From a virus (lineage: Duplodnaviria > Heunggongvirae > Uroviricota > Caudoviricetes): 34,825 nt of DNA. Shown here in pieces: positions 15,738 to 25,378 of this stretch. The DNA lies in the IMG/VR virus record IMGVR_UViG_2563366951_000001, positions 1 through 34,825 of that record; one strand, written 5' to 3'. Position 1 is the first letter of the stretch. Each line of letters starts with the position of its first letter. Below the pieces are notes generated by a model, which made no database searches, had not been told where the DNA came from, and worked only from the letters and a program-made list of their open reading frames with translations. The position numbers and the translations under genes are program-made.

Positions 15738-16182
15738 GCTAGTTATCGCTGCTTTCTTCGTTACTATTATTGGTTCTTTCATCTGGTCAGCGAATCATTA
15801 CCACAATCAAGCCATTGAATACAAAAAGCAGCGCGACGAAAACGCTATGGCATTACATTCGGCTATGGCGACGATCTCTGATATGCAGAAGCGTCAACGT
15901 GACGTAGCTGAACTTGACGCCAGATACACAAAGGAGCTTGCTGATGCTAACACGACTCTCGAAAGTCTCCGTACTGATGTCTCTGCTGGTCGTAAACGCT
16001 TGCAAATCGCCGCCACCTGTGCAAAGTCAACGACCGGAGCCAGCGGCATGGGCTATGGAGAAAGTCCAAGACTTACAGCTGATGCTGAACTCAATTATTA
16101 CCGCCTCCGAAGTGGGATCGACAAGATAACTGCACAGGTTAACTACTTGCAGGAGTACATCAAGACACAGTGCCAGAAATGA
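15721..16182 (+). CDS. Rz: i-spanin Rz
   Basis: N-terminal TM anchor then coiled-coil; AVNHY..NAI.YK.QRD...MQ.RQRDVA.LDA.YTKELADA matches lambda Rz pattern; overlaps end of R. Confidence 0.9.
   Translation: MKLSYKLVIAAFFVTIIGSFIWSANHYHNQAIEYKKQRDENAMALHSAMATISDMQKRQRDVAELDARYTKELADANTTLESLRTDVSAGRKRLQIAATCAKSTTGASGMGYGESPRLTADAELNYYRLRSGIDKITAQVNYLQEYIKTQCQK
15944..16129 (+). CDS. Rz1: o-spanin Rz1 (lipoprotein), embedded in +1 frame of Rz
   Basis: AAGGAG SD 7 nt before ATG at 15944; signal peptide with lipobox-like VVNAC and proline-rich mature region (KSPPPVQSQRPEPAAWAME) like lambda Rz1. Confidence 0.8.
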   Translation: MLTRLSKVSVLMSLLVVNACKSPPPVQSQRPEPAAWAMEKVQDLQLMLNSIITASEVGSTR

Positions 16183-16254
16183 ATCTATAGATGACACTCC
16201 ACGTTCGTATAAGATAATGCTAAATTACTATTAGCTTAATCACAGGAGACGGAC

Positions 16255-17118
16255 ATGGAAAGAGGTGTGGTATTTAGTGCATGCGAATTACTTAAAACCG
16301 AGGATGGAAAAGGCATCCGTACAGGTAAATGGATTAGTCAATTAGAAATAAACTATCTATGTCTTTATTGGGATAAACTAGTTTCACCCACTAATAATAT
16401 TATACATACAGCATTAAATAACGAGGATGAATTAGAAAAATGTGGATTGCTAACCAGACCTGTATATAGACATCATGGTTGTTTTGATGGCCAATATATG
16501 GCTGATTTTTATGCTGAAACTCATGCCAAAACAATAGATATACTTAGGCATGCGGATTCTTCTGTCGATTGGCGCATGCATTTTTTAAGTGACCAAATAA
16601 ACTTGGTGCCTGAATTATCTAGAACCTCAGAAGTGATACGTTTTGAGCTAGCAAATTTATTACCCGTTCCCACAGAAGATGTGCACCTACATGATATTCT
16701 TGATTTCAAGGAAAGAAGAAAACCTGAATTAATCGCTTTACATGAATATCTTGATGAGCTTTACTTGGAAATAAAACGTTCTGGTGATATCAATCTTCAG
16801 AAAGCAAAAGCTCTTTCTAATCTTAAACAAGCAATAAAGGATATTGAACGCTTAAATTGTGAAGTGTGGAAAAGTCCAATAAAATTTAGCATCTCTACTT
16901 CCTTTGAGTTCGATTTTTCACAAATATTTACTCTGGCGGGAACTGTTTTATCTATGTCAGTAGATTATCCTTATAATGTTATTGGAGGGGTAAGTAGTTT
17001 TGCTTATTTTTTGGGAGGATGCATAAAAATAAAGCCACAATTTCAACAAGTGTTATCATTAGGTAATGATAAATTAGTTTACATAAGCAAAGGAAAATCG
17101 GAGGGTATTATTTCCTGA
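16255..17118 (+). CDS. hypothetical protein (287 aa), AT-rich moron downstream of lysis cassette
   Basis: Strong AGGAGA SD before ATG; sharply AT-rich versus flanks; no recognisable motif by eye. Confidence 0.7.
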   Translation: MERGVVFSACELLKTEDGKGIRTGKWISQLEINYLCLYWDKLVSPTNNIIHTALNNEDELEKCGLLTRPVYRHHGCFDGQYMADFYAETHAKTIDILRHADSSVDWRMHFLSDQINLVPELSRTSEVIRFELANLLPVPTEDVHLHDILDFKERRKPELIALHEYLDELYLEIKRSGDINLQKAKALSNLKQAIKDIERLNCEVWKSPIKFSISTSFEFDFSQIFTLAGTVLSMSVDYPYNVIGGVSSFAYFLGGCIKIKPQFQQVLSLGNDKLVYISKGKSEGIIS

Positions 17119-17194
17119 TTTTTGATTCTCATAATCAATGAATGTTTTTTGTGAATATACTTATTTTAACCATATAAATAATCAAGGTAATAAA

Positions 17195-17545
17195 GTGCCT
17201 CCTCGTATCCCGAAAGCCTGCCGTGCTCGAGGTTGCCGTAATACCACCACAGACCCGTCAGGCTACTGCGAAAGCCACAAAAGCGAAGGCTGGAAGCAAT
17301 ACAAGTCGGGACAATCCCGTCATCAGCGCGGTTATGGTTCTAAGTGGGATGTTATCCGTGTGCGTGTGCTGCAACGTGACAAAGGCCTGTGTCAGTTATG
17401 TCTGCGTGCTGGTGTGGCGCGTGAAGCGAAAACCGTTGACCACATCATCCCTAAAGCACATGGCGGCACTGATGCCGACAGTAATCTGCAGAGTCTGTGC
17501 TGGCCGTGTCATAAGGCGAAGACGGCCCGTGAACGGTTGAAGTGA
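17195..17545 (+). CDS. HNH endonuclease (terminase-associated)
   Basis: Cys/His-rich: CRARGC...C.SH, DHIIPKAHGGTDADSNLQSLCWPCHKAKT; start taken at GTG 17195 (AAGG SD) because the ATG at 17138 adds an AT-rich 19-aa extension. Confidence 0.8.
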   Translation: MPPRIPKACRARGCRNTTTDPSGYCESHKSEGWKQYKSGQSRHQRGYGSKWDVIRVRVLQRDKGLCQLCLRAGVAREAKTVDHIIPKAHGGTDADSNLQSLCWPCHKAKTARERLK

Positions 17546-17571
17546 TAATGATTCTCAACTGCCTGAGGGGA

Positions 17572-17631
17572 GGGGCGGGTCAAATCTCTGTGACCTGACG
17601 TCTTCCGGACTGCCCGCCCCATCGTTTTTTT
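17572..17631 (+). other. GC-rich 8-bp inverted repeat with about 33-nt loop followed by T-tract; terminator or cos-proximal structure
   Basis: GGGGCGGG (17572-17579) pairs with CCCGCCCC (17613-17620), followed by ATCGTTTTTTT; sits between HNH and terS where HK97-type cos sites lie. Confidence 0.35.
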
Positions 17632-17670
17632 ATACCCGCGAAAAATGAAATTTAACCAGGAGTGCCGCAT

Positions 17671-18165
17671 ATGGCTGGAACGGCGGGGCGTTCCGGGCGT
17701 CGCCCCAAGCCAACGGCGCGCAAGGCGCTGGCCGGAAACCCCGGCAAGCGAGCCCTGAATAAAGATGAACCTGTTTTTACGCCCATCAAAGGTGTTGAGC
17801 CACCGGAGTGGTTCGCTGAAGAAGATCTCCCTCTCGCCACGATCATGTGGCAACTGACAACTAAAGAACTCTGCGGTCAGGGCCTGCTGTGCGTGACTGA
17901 CCTCGCAGTGCTTGAGCGGTGGTGTGTGGCCTATGAGTTCTGGCGACGTGCCGTGAAAAATATTGCCAGACAGGGCAACACCATCACCGGTGCAATGGGC
18001 GGTATGGTCAAAAATCCGGAGCTGACCGCCAAAAAAGAACAGGAGTCCGAGATGAGCAGTACGGGGGCAATGCTCGGACTCGACCCCAGCAGCCGCCAGC
18101 GTCTGATTGGCCTGGCGGGGAAGAAGAAAGCCACTAACCCGTTTCTGAAAATCATCGAATCATGA
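17671..18165 (+). CDS. terminase small subunit (P27-family-like)
   Basis: Position between HNH and large terminase; AGGAG SD 9 nt before ATG at 17671 (track start 17662 is GTG); basic N-terminus. Confidence 0.8.
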   Translation: MAGTAGRSGRRPKPTARKALAGNPGKRALNKDEPVFTPIKGVEPPEWFAEEDLPLATIMWQLTTKELCGQGLLCVTDLAVLERWCVAYEFWRRAVKNIARQGNTITGAMGGMVKNPELTAKKEQESEMSSTGAMLGLDPSSRQRLIGLAGKKKATNPFLKIIES

Positions 18166-19895
18166 GCCGGAAATCTTACCCCAACGTAAATGCTGCCAAT
18201 CAGTATGCCCGTGATGTCGTGCGCGGAAAGATTGTGGCCTGCCAGTTTGTGATTCAGGCCTGCCAGCGGCATCTTGATGACCTGATGGCGGAAAAAAGTA
18301 AGTCGTTTCGTTACCGCTTCGACAAGGACCTGGCTGAACGGGCCGCTAAATTTATTCAGCTGTTGCCGCACACCAAGGGTGAGTGGGCATTTAAGAGGAT
18401 GCCCATCACGCTGGAGCTGTGGCAGCTCTTTGTGATCTGCTGCGCGTTTGGCTGGGTCAATAAAGGCTCCCGGCTGCGCCGCTTCCGTGAGGTGTATACC
18501 GAAATCCCCCGTAAGAACGGCAAATCGGCAATCTCTGCCGGTGTCGCCCTGTATTGTTTTGCCTGTGATAACGAGTTCGGCGCGGAAGTGTATTCCGGTG
18601 CCACGACGGAGAAACAGGCATGGGAAGTCTTTCGTCCGGCAAGACTGATGTGTAAACGCACACCCATGCTGACGGAAGCGTTCGGGATTGAGGTTAACGC
18701 CTCAAACATGAATCGTCCGGAGGATGGTGCGCGTTTTGAACCGCTGATCGGTAACCCCGGTGATGGTTCATCACCCCACTGTGCGGTGGTGGATGAATAT
18801 CACGAGCACGCCACCGATGCGCTTTACACCACGATGCTTACCGGGATGGGGGCGCGACGTCAGCCACTGATGTGGGCCATTACTACTGCCGGGTACAACA
18901 TTGAGGGGCCGTGCTACGACAAGCGGCGGGAAGTTATCGAGATGCTCAACGGGTCGGTACCCAACGATGAACTGTTCGGGATCATCTATACTGTTGACGA
19001 AGGCGATGACTGGACCGACCCGCAGGTGCTGGAAAAAGCCAATCCAAATATTGGCGTGTCGGTTTATCGCGAATTTTTGTTAAGTCAGCAGCAGCGTGCG
19101 AAAAATAACGCCCGTCTGGCAAACGTCTTTAAAACAAAACACCTCAATATCTGGGTGTCGGCGCGTTCGGCGTATTTCAATCTGGTGAGCTGGCAGAGCT
19201 GCGAGGATAAATCACTGACCCTTGAGCAGTTCGAGGGGCAGCCGTGCATTCTGGCCTTTGACCTGGCGCGTAAGCTGGATATGAACAGTATGGCGCGACT
19301 TTATACCCGCGAGATTGACGGTAAAACGCATTACTACAGTGTGGCCCCGCGTTTCTGGGTACCGTATGACACGGTGTACAGCGTCGAGAAAAATGAAGAT
19401 CGACGGACAGCCGAACGCTTTCAGAAATGGGTGGAAATGGGCGTTCTGACCGTTACCGATGGTGCGGAGGTGGATTATCGCTACATCCTCGAGGAGGCCA
19501 AAGCGGCGAACAAAATCAGCCCGGTCAGTGAGTCACCCATCGACCCCTTCGGGGCGACCGGGTTGTCACATGACCTTGCTGATGAAGACCTGAACCCCAT
19601 CACTATCATTCAGAACTACACCAACATGTCCGACCCGATGAAAGAGCTGGAAGCGGCAATTGAATCGGGGCGCTTTCATCATGATGGCAATCCCATCATG
19701 ACCTGGTGTATCGGCAACGTGGTCGGCAAAACCATTCCGGGTAACGATGATGTGGTGAAGCCCGTCAAAGAGCAGGCGGAAAACAAAATCGATGGTGCAG
19801 TTGCGCTGATTATGGCGGTTGGCAGAGCCATGCTGTACGAGAAAGAAGACACGCTGTCTGACCACATTGAGTCCTATGGGATCCGCTCGCTTTAA
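18162..19895 (+). CDS. terminase large subunit
   Basis: 577 aa, ATGA coupling to terS; ATPase region followed by nuclease region; gene order with portal/protease/capsid is HK97-like. Confidence 0.93.
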
Positions 19896-19906
19896 CTGAG
19901 GTAATT

Positions 19907-20089
19907 ATGATCATGCTGATTCTCGCGCCTCTGGTGGGCGTGCTGGGGGCGCTTTTGCTGGCGTATGGTGCCTGGCTGATTTATCCCCCGGCGGGGTTTG
20001 TTGTTGCCGGGGCGTTGTGCCTGTTCTGGTCGTGGCTGGTGGCGCGATATCTCGACCGTACACAGTCGTCTGTCGGCGGAGGTAAATAG
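19907..20089 (+). CDS. small predicted membrane protein (60 aa, about 2 TM)
   Basis: GAGG SD 5 nt before ATG; two hydrophobic stretches; 1-nt overlap with portal GTG start. Confidence 0.5.
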
Positions 20090-21330
20090 TGTTCTTTTCG
20101 GGATTATTTCAACGAAAAAGTGACGCACCGGTGACCACGCCAGCAGAGCTGGCGGATGCTATCGGGTTGTCCTACGACACCTATACCGGAAAGCAGATCA
20201 GCAGCCAGCGGGCCATGCGACTGACGGCGGTTTTTTCCTGTGTCAGGGTGCTGGCGGAGTCGGTCGGGATGTTGCCCTGCAACCTGTATCACCTGAACGG
20301 CAGCCTGAAGCAGAGAGCCACTGGCGAACGTCTGCATAAGCTGATCTCCACGCATCCCAATGGCTATATGACGCCGCAGGAGTTCTGGGAGCTGGTGGTC
20401 ACCTGTCTGTGTCTGCGGGGAAACTTTTACGCCTACAAAGTGAAAGCATTTGGCGAAGTGGCTGAACTGCTGCCCGTCGATCCCGGCTGTGTGGTACCGA
20501 AGCTTAACAGTAGCTGGGGGCCGGTCTATCAGGTCACATTCCCGGATGGCTCCACGGATGTACTGAGCCAGGAGGATATCTGGCATGTGCGCACGCTGAC
20601 GCTGGACGGACTGGTGGGGCTGAATCCCATCGCCTATGCCCGCGAGGCAATATCGCTGGCGGCAGCGACCGAAGAGCACGGGGCCAGACTGTTCAGCAAT
20701 GGCGCGGTGACGTCGGGTGTGTTGCGTACAGAGCAGACGCTGTCAGATCAGGCTTATGAGCGCCTGAAGAAAGATTTTGAGGAGCGTCACACCGGGCTTG
20801 GCAATGCTCACCGCCCGATGATCCTTGAGATGGGGCTGGACTGGAAGTCGATGGCGCTGAACGCCGAGGACAGCCAGTTCCTGGAAACCCGCAAGTTTCA
20901 GCTTGAAGAAATCTGTCGTCTGTTCCGGGTGCCGTTGCACATGGTGCAGAACACCGATCGCGCCACCTTCAACAATATCGAAGAGCTGGGGCTGGGATTT
21001 ATCAACTATTCACTGGTGCCGTATCTGACCCGCATCGAACAGCGGATCAACACCGGACTGGTACGAAAAAGTAAGCAGGGCGTTTATTACGCCAAATTTA
21101 ACGCCGGGGCGTTACTGCGCGGGGATATGAAGTCCCGTTTTGAAGCCTACGCCACCGGGATCAACTGGGGAATTTACTCTCCCAATGACTGCCGCGACCT
21201 GGAAGATATGAATCCGCGTCCCGGTGGTGATGTCTATCTCACACCGATGAACATGACCACGAAGCCCTCCGATGGCAGTAAAGCCGGTAAGCAGAAGGAT
21301 AACGCCAATGCAGACGAAACAACGTCTTGA
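20089..21330 (+). CDS. portal protein (HK97 family)
   Basis: Size and position after terL; GGAGG SD before GTG start; followed by overlapping prohead protease gene. Confidence 0.9.
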   Translation: MFFSGLFQRKSDAPVTTPAELADAIGLSYDTYTGKQISSQRAMRLTAVFSCVRVLAESVGMLPCNLYHLNGSLKQRATGERLHKLISTHPNGYMTPQEFWELVVTCLCLRGNFYAYKVKAFGEVAELLPVDPGCVVPKLNSSWGPVYQVTFPDGSTDVLSQEDIWHVRTLTLDGLVGLNPIAYAREAISLAAATEEHGARLFSNGAVTSGVLRTEQTLSDQAYERLKKDFEERHTGLGNAHRPMILEMGLDWKSMALNAEDSQFLETRKFQLEEICRLFRVPLHMVQNTDRATFNNIEELGLGFINYSLVPYLTRIEQRINTGLVRKSKQGVYYAKFNAGALLRGDMKSRFEAYATGINWGIYSPNDCRDLEDMNPRPGGDVYLTPMNMTTKPSDGSKAGKQKDNANADETTS

Positions 21331-21958
21331 TGTACCGCTGAGTCTGAAATCTGTCAGTGACTCCGGTGAGTTTGAAGGGTATGGCTCCGTCTTTGGTGTA
21401 AAGGACAGCCACGATGATGTGGTGATGTCCGGGGCATTTGCTGCTTCCCTGCGGGCGTGGAGTGACAGAAAAGCGTTACCTGCGCTGCTCTGGCAGCACC
21501 GCATGGATGAACCCATCGGTGTTTACACCGAAATGAAGGAAGACGATGTCGGGCTTTACGTCAGGGGACGGTTGCTTATTGATGATGATCCCCTCGCAAA
21601 ACGCGCACATGCACACATGAAGGCCGGTTCGTTAACCGGCCTTTCTATTGGGTACGTCCTGAAAGACTGGGAATACGACCGGAGCAAAGAAGCCTTTCTG
21701 CTGAAAGAAATCGACCTCTGGGAAGTCAGCCTGGTGACGTTCCCGTCTAACGACGAGGCGCGGATCAGCGACGTCAAGAACGCACTGGCCCGCGGGGAAA
21801 TCCCCGAACAGAAAAAAATCGAAAGAGTCCTGCGTGATGTCGGACTCTCCCGTACCCAGGCCAAAGCATTCATGGCCGGGGGCTATGGCGCACTGTCCCT
21901 GCGCGACGCTGAGGATGTGGGCTCTGCACTGAATGCACTGAAAAATCTGAACTTCTAA
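21308..21958 (+). CDS. prohead maturation protease (HK97-type)
   Basis: Position between portal and major capsid; start ATG at 21308 overlaps portal end by 23 nt. Confidence 0.85.
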   Translation: MQTKQRLDVPLSLKSVSDSGEFEGYGSVFGVKDSHDDVVMSGAFAASLRAWSDRKALPALLWQHRMDEPIGVYTEMKEDDVGLYVRGRLLIDDDPLAKRAHAHMKAGSLTGLSIGYVLKDWEYDRSKEAFLLKEIDLWEVSLVTFPSNDEARISDVKNALARGEIPEQKKIERVLRDVGLSRTQAKAFMAGGYGALSLRDAEDVGSALNALKNLNF

Positions 21959-21972
21959 TCAGGAGAAATACG

Positions 21973-23178
21973 ATGGCGGTTGATATTAAAGATGTCGAAC
22001 AGGTCGCGCAGGAGCTGCAGCAGAAGTTTGACGACTTCAAAGCAAAGAACGACAAGCGCGTGGATGCGATTGAGCAGGAAAAAGGCAAGCTTGCCGGGCA
22101 GATGGAAACCCTGAACGGAAAACTCAGCGAGCTGGAAAACCTCAAAAGCGATCTTGAAAAAGAGCTGCTTGAGCTGAAACGTCCGGCAGGTGGTGCGCAA
22201 AATAAACTGACCACCGAGCATAAAGAAGCGTTTGTGGGCTTCCTGCGTAAAGGCCGTGAAGATGGTCTGCGCGATCTGGAGCGCAAGGCATTACAGGTGG
22301 GCACCGATGAAGACGGCGGCTATGCCGTGCCGGAAGCGCTGGATCGCAACATTCTGACCTTGCTGAAAGATGAAGTGGTGATGCGTCAGGAAGCCACGGT
22401 GATCACCATTGGTGGTTCCGACTACAAAAAACTGGTGAATCTGGGCGGCACGGCTTCCGGATGGGTTGGCGAGACTGACGCGCGCTCCCAGACTGCCACC
22501 TCAAAACTGGGCCTGATTGAACCTTTCATGGGGGAAATCTACGGTAACCCGCAGGCCACCCAGAAAATGCTGGATGATGCCTTTTTCAACGTGGAAGCAT
22601 GGATCAACAGCGAGCTGGCAACCGAATTTGCCGAACAGGAAGAAATTGCCTTTACCTCAGGCGATGGCACCAAGAAGCCGAAAGGGTTCCTGGCGTATGA
22701 ATCCACTGATGAAACCGATAAGGTCCGGGCGTTCGGCAAACTTCAGCATATTGTATCCGGCGAAGCGACGGCGGTGACCGCAGACGCCATTATCAAACTG
22801 ATTTACACGCTGCGTAAGGCACACCGCACTGGCGCGAAGTTCATGATGAACAACAACAGCCTGTTTGCCATCCGTCTGCTGAAAGACAGCGAGGGTAACT
22901 ATCTGTGGCGTCCGGGGCTGGAGCTGGGGCAGCCGTCCTCTCTGGCGGGTTACGGTATCGCTGAAAACGAACAGATGCCGGATATCGCCGCTGATGCGAA
23001 AGCCATTGCATTTGGTAACTTCAAACGGGGTTACACCATCGTTGACCGTATCGGCACCCGCATTCTGCGTGACCCGTACACCAATAAACCGTTTGTCGGT
23101 TTTTATACCACCAAGCGCACCGGCGGGATGCTGGTCGATTCGCAGGCCATCAAACTGCTGAAGATTGCAGAGAAGTAA
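21973..23178 (+). CDS. major capsid protein (HK97 fold) with N-terminal coiled-coil scaffolding (delta) domain
   Basis: N-terminal roughly 100 aa strongly coiled-coil (KFDDFKAKNDKRVDAIEQEKGKLAGQMETLNGKLSELENLKSDLEKELLELK) then capsid domain; AGGAGA SD. Confidence 0.9.
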   Translation: MAVDIKDVEQVAQELQQKFDDFKAKNDKRVDAIEQEKGKLAGQMETLNGKLSELENLKSDLEKELLELKRPAGGAQNKLTTEHKEAFVGFLRKGREDGLRDLERKALQVGTDEDGGYAVPEALDRNILTLLKDEVVMRQEATVITIGGSDYKKLVNLGGTASGWVGETDARSQTATSKLGLIEPFMGEIYGNPQATQKMLDDAFFNVEAWINSELATEFAEQEEIAFTSGDGTKKPKGFLAYESTDETDKVRAFGKLQHIVSGEATAVTADAIIKLIYTLRKAHRTGAKFMMNNNSLFAIRLLKDSEGNYLWRPGLELGQPSSLAGYGIAENEQMPDIAADAKAIAFGNFKRGYTIVDRIGTRILRDPYTNKPFVGFYTTKRTGGMLVDSQAIKLLKIAEK

Positions 23179-23227
23179 TCGCTCATGGGCGCGGAACCGC
23201 GCCCCCTGTTCTGACGGGTGAAGAATC

Positions 23228-23428
23228 ATGATCCTGAAACAAGATCTGAAATGGTCACCGGACGGTATGCGTGTTGAGGTCATTCGGGCCGGTGAGTATG
23301 ACGACGGGGCACTTCCTGCCCGGGTGCAGGAGATTGCACTTCAGGCCGGGTTAGCAGAGCGCGGAATCAGTGCAAAAAGCAGTAAAGCGGCAAAAGAGAA
23401 AAAAGCCACGACCAGTAAAGAGGGCTGA
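23228..23428 (+). CDS. hypothetical small protein (66 aa) after capsid gene
   Basis: ATG ORF with Lys-rich C-terminus; position typical of small head accessory proteins. Confidence 0.4.
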   Translation: MILKQDLKWSPDGMRVEVIRAGEYDDGALPARVQEIALQAGLAERGISAKSSKAAKEKKATTSKEG

Positions 23429-23430
23429 GT

Positions 23431-23754
23431 ATGCTTCTGACAATGGAAGAGATTAAAGCCCAACTCCGGCTGGATGAGGATTTCGATGCTGATGACCGCC
23501 ATCTGCAACTGCTGGCCTGTGCGGCACAAAAGCGGACGGAAACGTATCTGAACCGGAAGCTCTATGCACCGGATGAAACCATTCCGGACAGCGACCCGGA
23601 CGGGCTACACCTGCCGGATGATATTCGTCTGGGGATGCTGATGCTTATCAGCCATTTTTACGAAAACCGCTCGTCGGTTACGGAAGTGGAGAAACTCGAC
23701 ATGCCGCAGAGTTTTGGCTGGCTTGTTGGCCCGTACAGGTACTTTCCGCAATGA
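23431..23754 (+). CDS. head-tail connector protein (gp6-like)
   Basis: Position and size; acidic N-terminus MEEIKAQLRLDEDFDADD typical of gp6-like connectors. Confidence 0.7.
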   Translation: MLLTMEEIKAQLRLDEDFDADDRHLQLLACAAQKRTETYLNRKLYAPDETIPDSDPDGLHLPDDIRLGMLMLISHFYENRSSVTEVEKLDMPQSFGWLVGPYRYFPQ

Positions 23755-24161
23755 AAATTCGTCAGGCGCAGACCAGCGCAACCTACATTCTGCCGGACCC
23801 CGGCGAACTGAATAAACGCGTCCTGATCCGCCAGCGGGTGGATATGCCCGCGGATAACTTTGGCGTGGAGTCTCAATACCCGGTTACGTTCCGGACATGG
23901 GCGAAGGTTATCCAGACCAGTGCCACCACCTGGCAGGAAACCGCGCAGACCGGGGACGCCATCACCCATTACATCACCATTCGTTACCGCCGGGGGATCA
24001 CTGCTGATTATGAGGTGGTCTGTGATGACAGTGTGTACCGGGTGAAACGTCAGCGTGATCTGAACGGGGCGCGGCGCTTTCTGCTGCTGGAGTGTACGGA
24101 GCTGGGCGAATGTAGGCAGAGTCACGGAGGCAGCAATGGCGACTCCCTTTTTTCACGTTGA
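23751..24161 (+). CDS. head closure / head-tail adaptor protein
   Basis: Overlapping gene string after connector; size and order consistent. Confidence 0.65.
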   Translation: MKIRQAQTSATYILPDPGELNKRVLIRQRVDMPADNFGVESQYPVTFRTWAKVIQTSATTWQETAQTGDAITHYITIRYRRGITADYEVVCDDSVYRVKRQRDLNGARRFLLLECTELGECRQSHGGSNGDSLFSR

Positions 24162-24642
24162 TGTTCAGCAGCCCGCCGAGATGCGCTTTAACCGCGCCCG
24201 TGTCCGGCGGGCGTTTGTCACGATTGGGCAGCGTCATATGCGTGATGCCCGTCGGCTGGTGATGCGCCGTGCGCGGTCGGCACCGGGTGAAAACCCCGGT
24301 TATCAGACCGGACGCCTGGCTCGTTCGATTGGTTATATGGTGCCGAGAGCCAGTAAAAAGCGAGCCGGTTTTATGACACGCATTGCCCCTAACCAGCGCA
24401 ACGGGAAGGGGAACCGGATGATCTCTGGTGACTTCTATCCGGCGTTTCTGTTTTTTGGTGTCCGGGGAGGAGCAAAACGTCGTCGTAGTCATCATCGTGG
24501 TGCATCCGGTGGCAGCGGCTGGCGACTGGCTCCACGTAATAACTTCATGGTGGAAACGCTTGAAAAGAACCGCAGCTGGACACGCTATTTTCTGGCGCGG
24601 GAATTGCGTAAATCACTGAAGCCGGAGCGACGACACAGATGA
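24136..24642 (+). CDS. HK97 gp10-like tail/neck component
   Basis: Arg-rich basic protein in neck module; order consistent. Confidence 0.65.
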   Translation: MATPFFHVDVQQPAEMRFNRARVRRAFVTIGQRHMRDARRLVMRRARSAPGENPGYQTGRLARSIGYMVPRASKKRAGFMTRIAPNQRNGKGNRMISGDFYPAFLFFGVRGGAKRRRSHHRGASGGSGWRLAPRNNFMVETLEKNRSWTRYFLARELRKSLKPERRHR

Positions 24643-25199
24643 AACTGACGCCTGTTATTGCTGCGCTGCGTGCCCGCTGCCCGTATTTTGAAAACCGGGT
24701 GGCAGGCGCGGCACAGTTCAAAAATCTGCCGGAGGTCGGAAAGCTGAGACTCCCGGCGGCGTATGTGGTACCGGGTGATGACTCTCCGGGAGAAAACAAA
24801 AGCCAGACCGACTACTGGCAGGAGCTGAAAGAGGGCTTCTCCGTGGTTGTCATACTGAGTAACGGGCGTGATGAGCGCGGTCAGTTTGCCTCGTATGATG
24901 TGGTGGACGATGTCCGGCAGATGCTCTTTAAGGCCCTGCTGGGCTGGAACCCGGAAGCGTGCGGTAACCCGATTACCTATGACGGCGGCACGCTGCTGGA
25001 TCTGAATCGTCATGAGCTGATTTATCAGTTCGATTTTTCGGTCATCAGCGAGCTGACTGAAGACGATACCCGCCAGCAGGATGATCTGAACAGTCTGGAT
25101 GAACTGCAAACGCTGGCGATTGATGTTGATTATCTCGAGCCCGGTAACGGGCCTGACGGCGATATCGAACATCACACCGAAATAACCCTTCCTTCCTGA
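24639..25199 (+). CDS. tail completion/terminator-like protein (Mu gp37-like)
   Basis: Synteny immediately upstream of Mu-like sheath module; acidic C-terminus. Confidence 0.55.
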   Translation: MKLTPVIAALRARCPYFENRVAGAAQFKNLPEVGKLRLPAAYVVPGDDSPGENKSQTDYWQELKEGFSVVVILSNGRDERGQFASYDVVDDVRQMLFKALLGWNPEACGNPITYDGGTLLDLNRHELIYQFDFSVISELTEDDTRQQDDLNSLDELQTLAIDVDYLEPGNGPDGDIEHHTEITLPS

Positions 25200-25207
25200 G
25201 GATCCTC

Positions 25208-25378
25208 ATGTTTGTCAAACCTGTTAAAGGGCGGTCAGTTCCTGACCCTGCCCGCGGCGACCTTTTGCCCGCCGAAGGGCGAAATGTTGACGAGAACAAC
25301 TACTGGCTGCGCCGTGAAGTAGCGGGTGATATCCGGCGCGTGAATAAAAAGGTGAACACCGATGACGATAAGCTTTAA
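25208..25378 (+). CDS. small conserved protein upstream of tail sheath (about 56 aa, DUF2635-like by position)
   Basis: Not in ORF track (under 60 aa); GAGGA SD 5 nt before ATG at 25208; reads MFVKPVKGRSVPDPARGDLLPAEGRNVDENNYWLRREVAGDIRRVNKKVNTDDDKL*; overlaps sheath start. Confidence 0.5.
   Translation: MFVKPVKGRSVPDPARGDLLPAEGRNVDENNYWLRREVAGDIRRVNKKVNTDDDKL

Noticed and set aside
17138-17194. ATG at 17138 as the HNH endonuclease start
   Set aside because: Adds a 19-aa AT-rich extension unlike the rest of the protein; GTG at 17195 with an upstream AAGG SD matches typical HNH N-termini.
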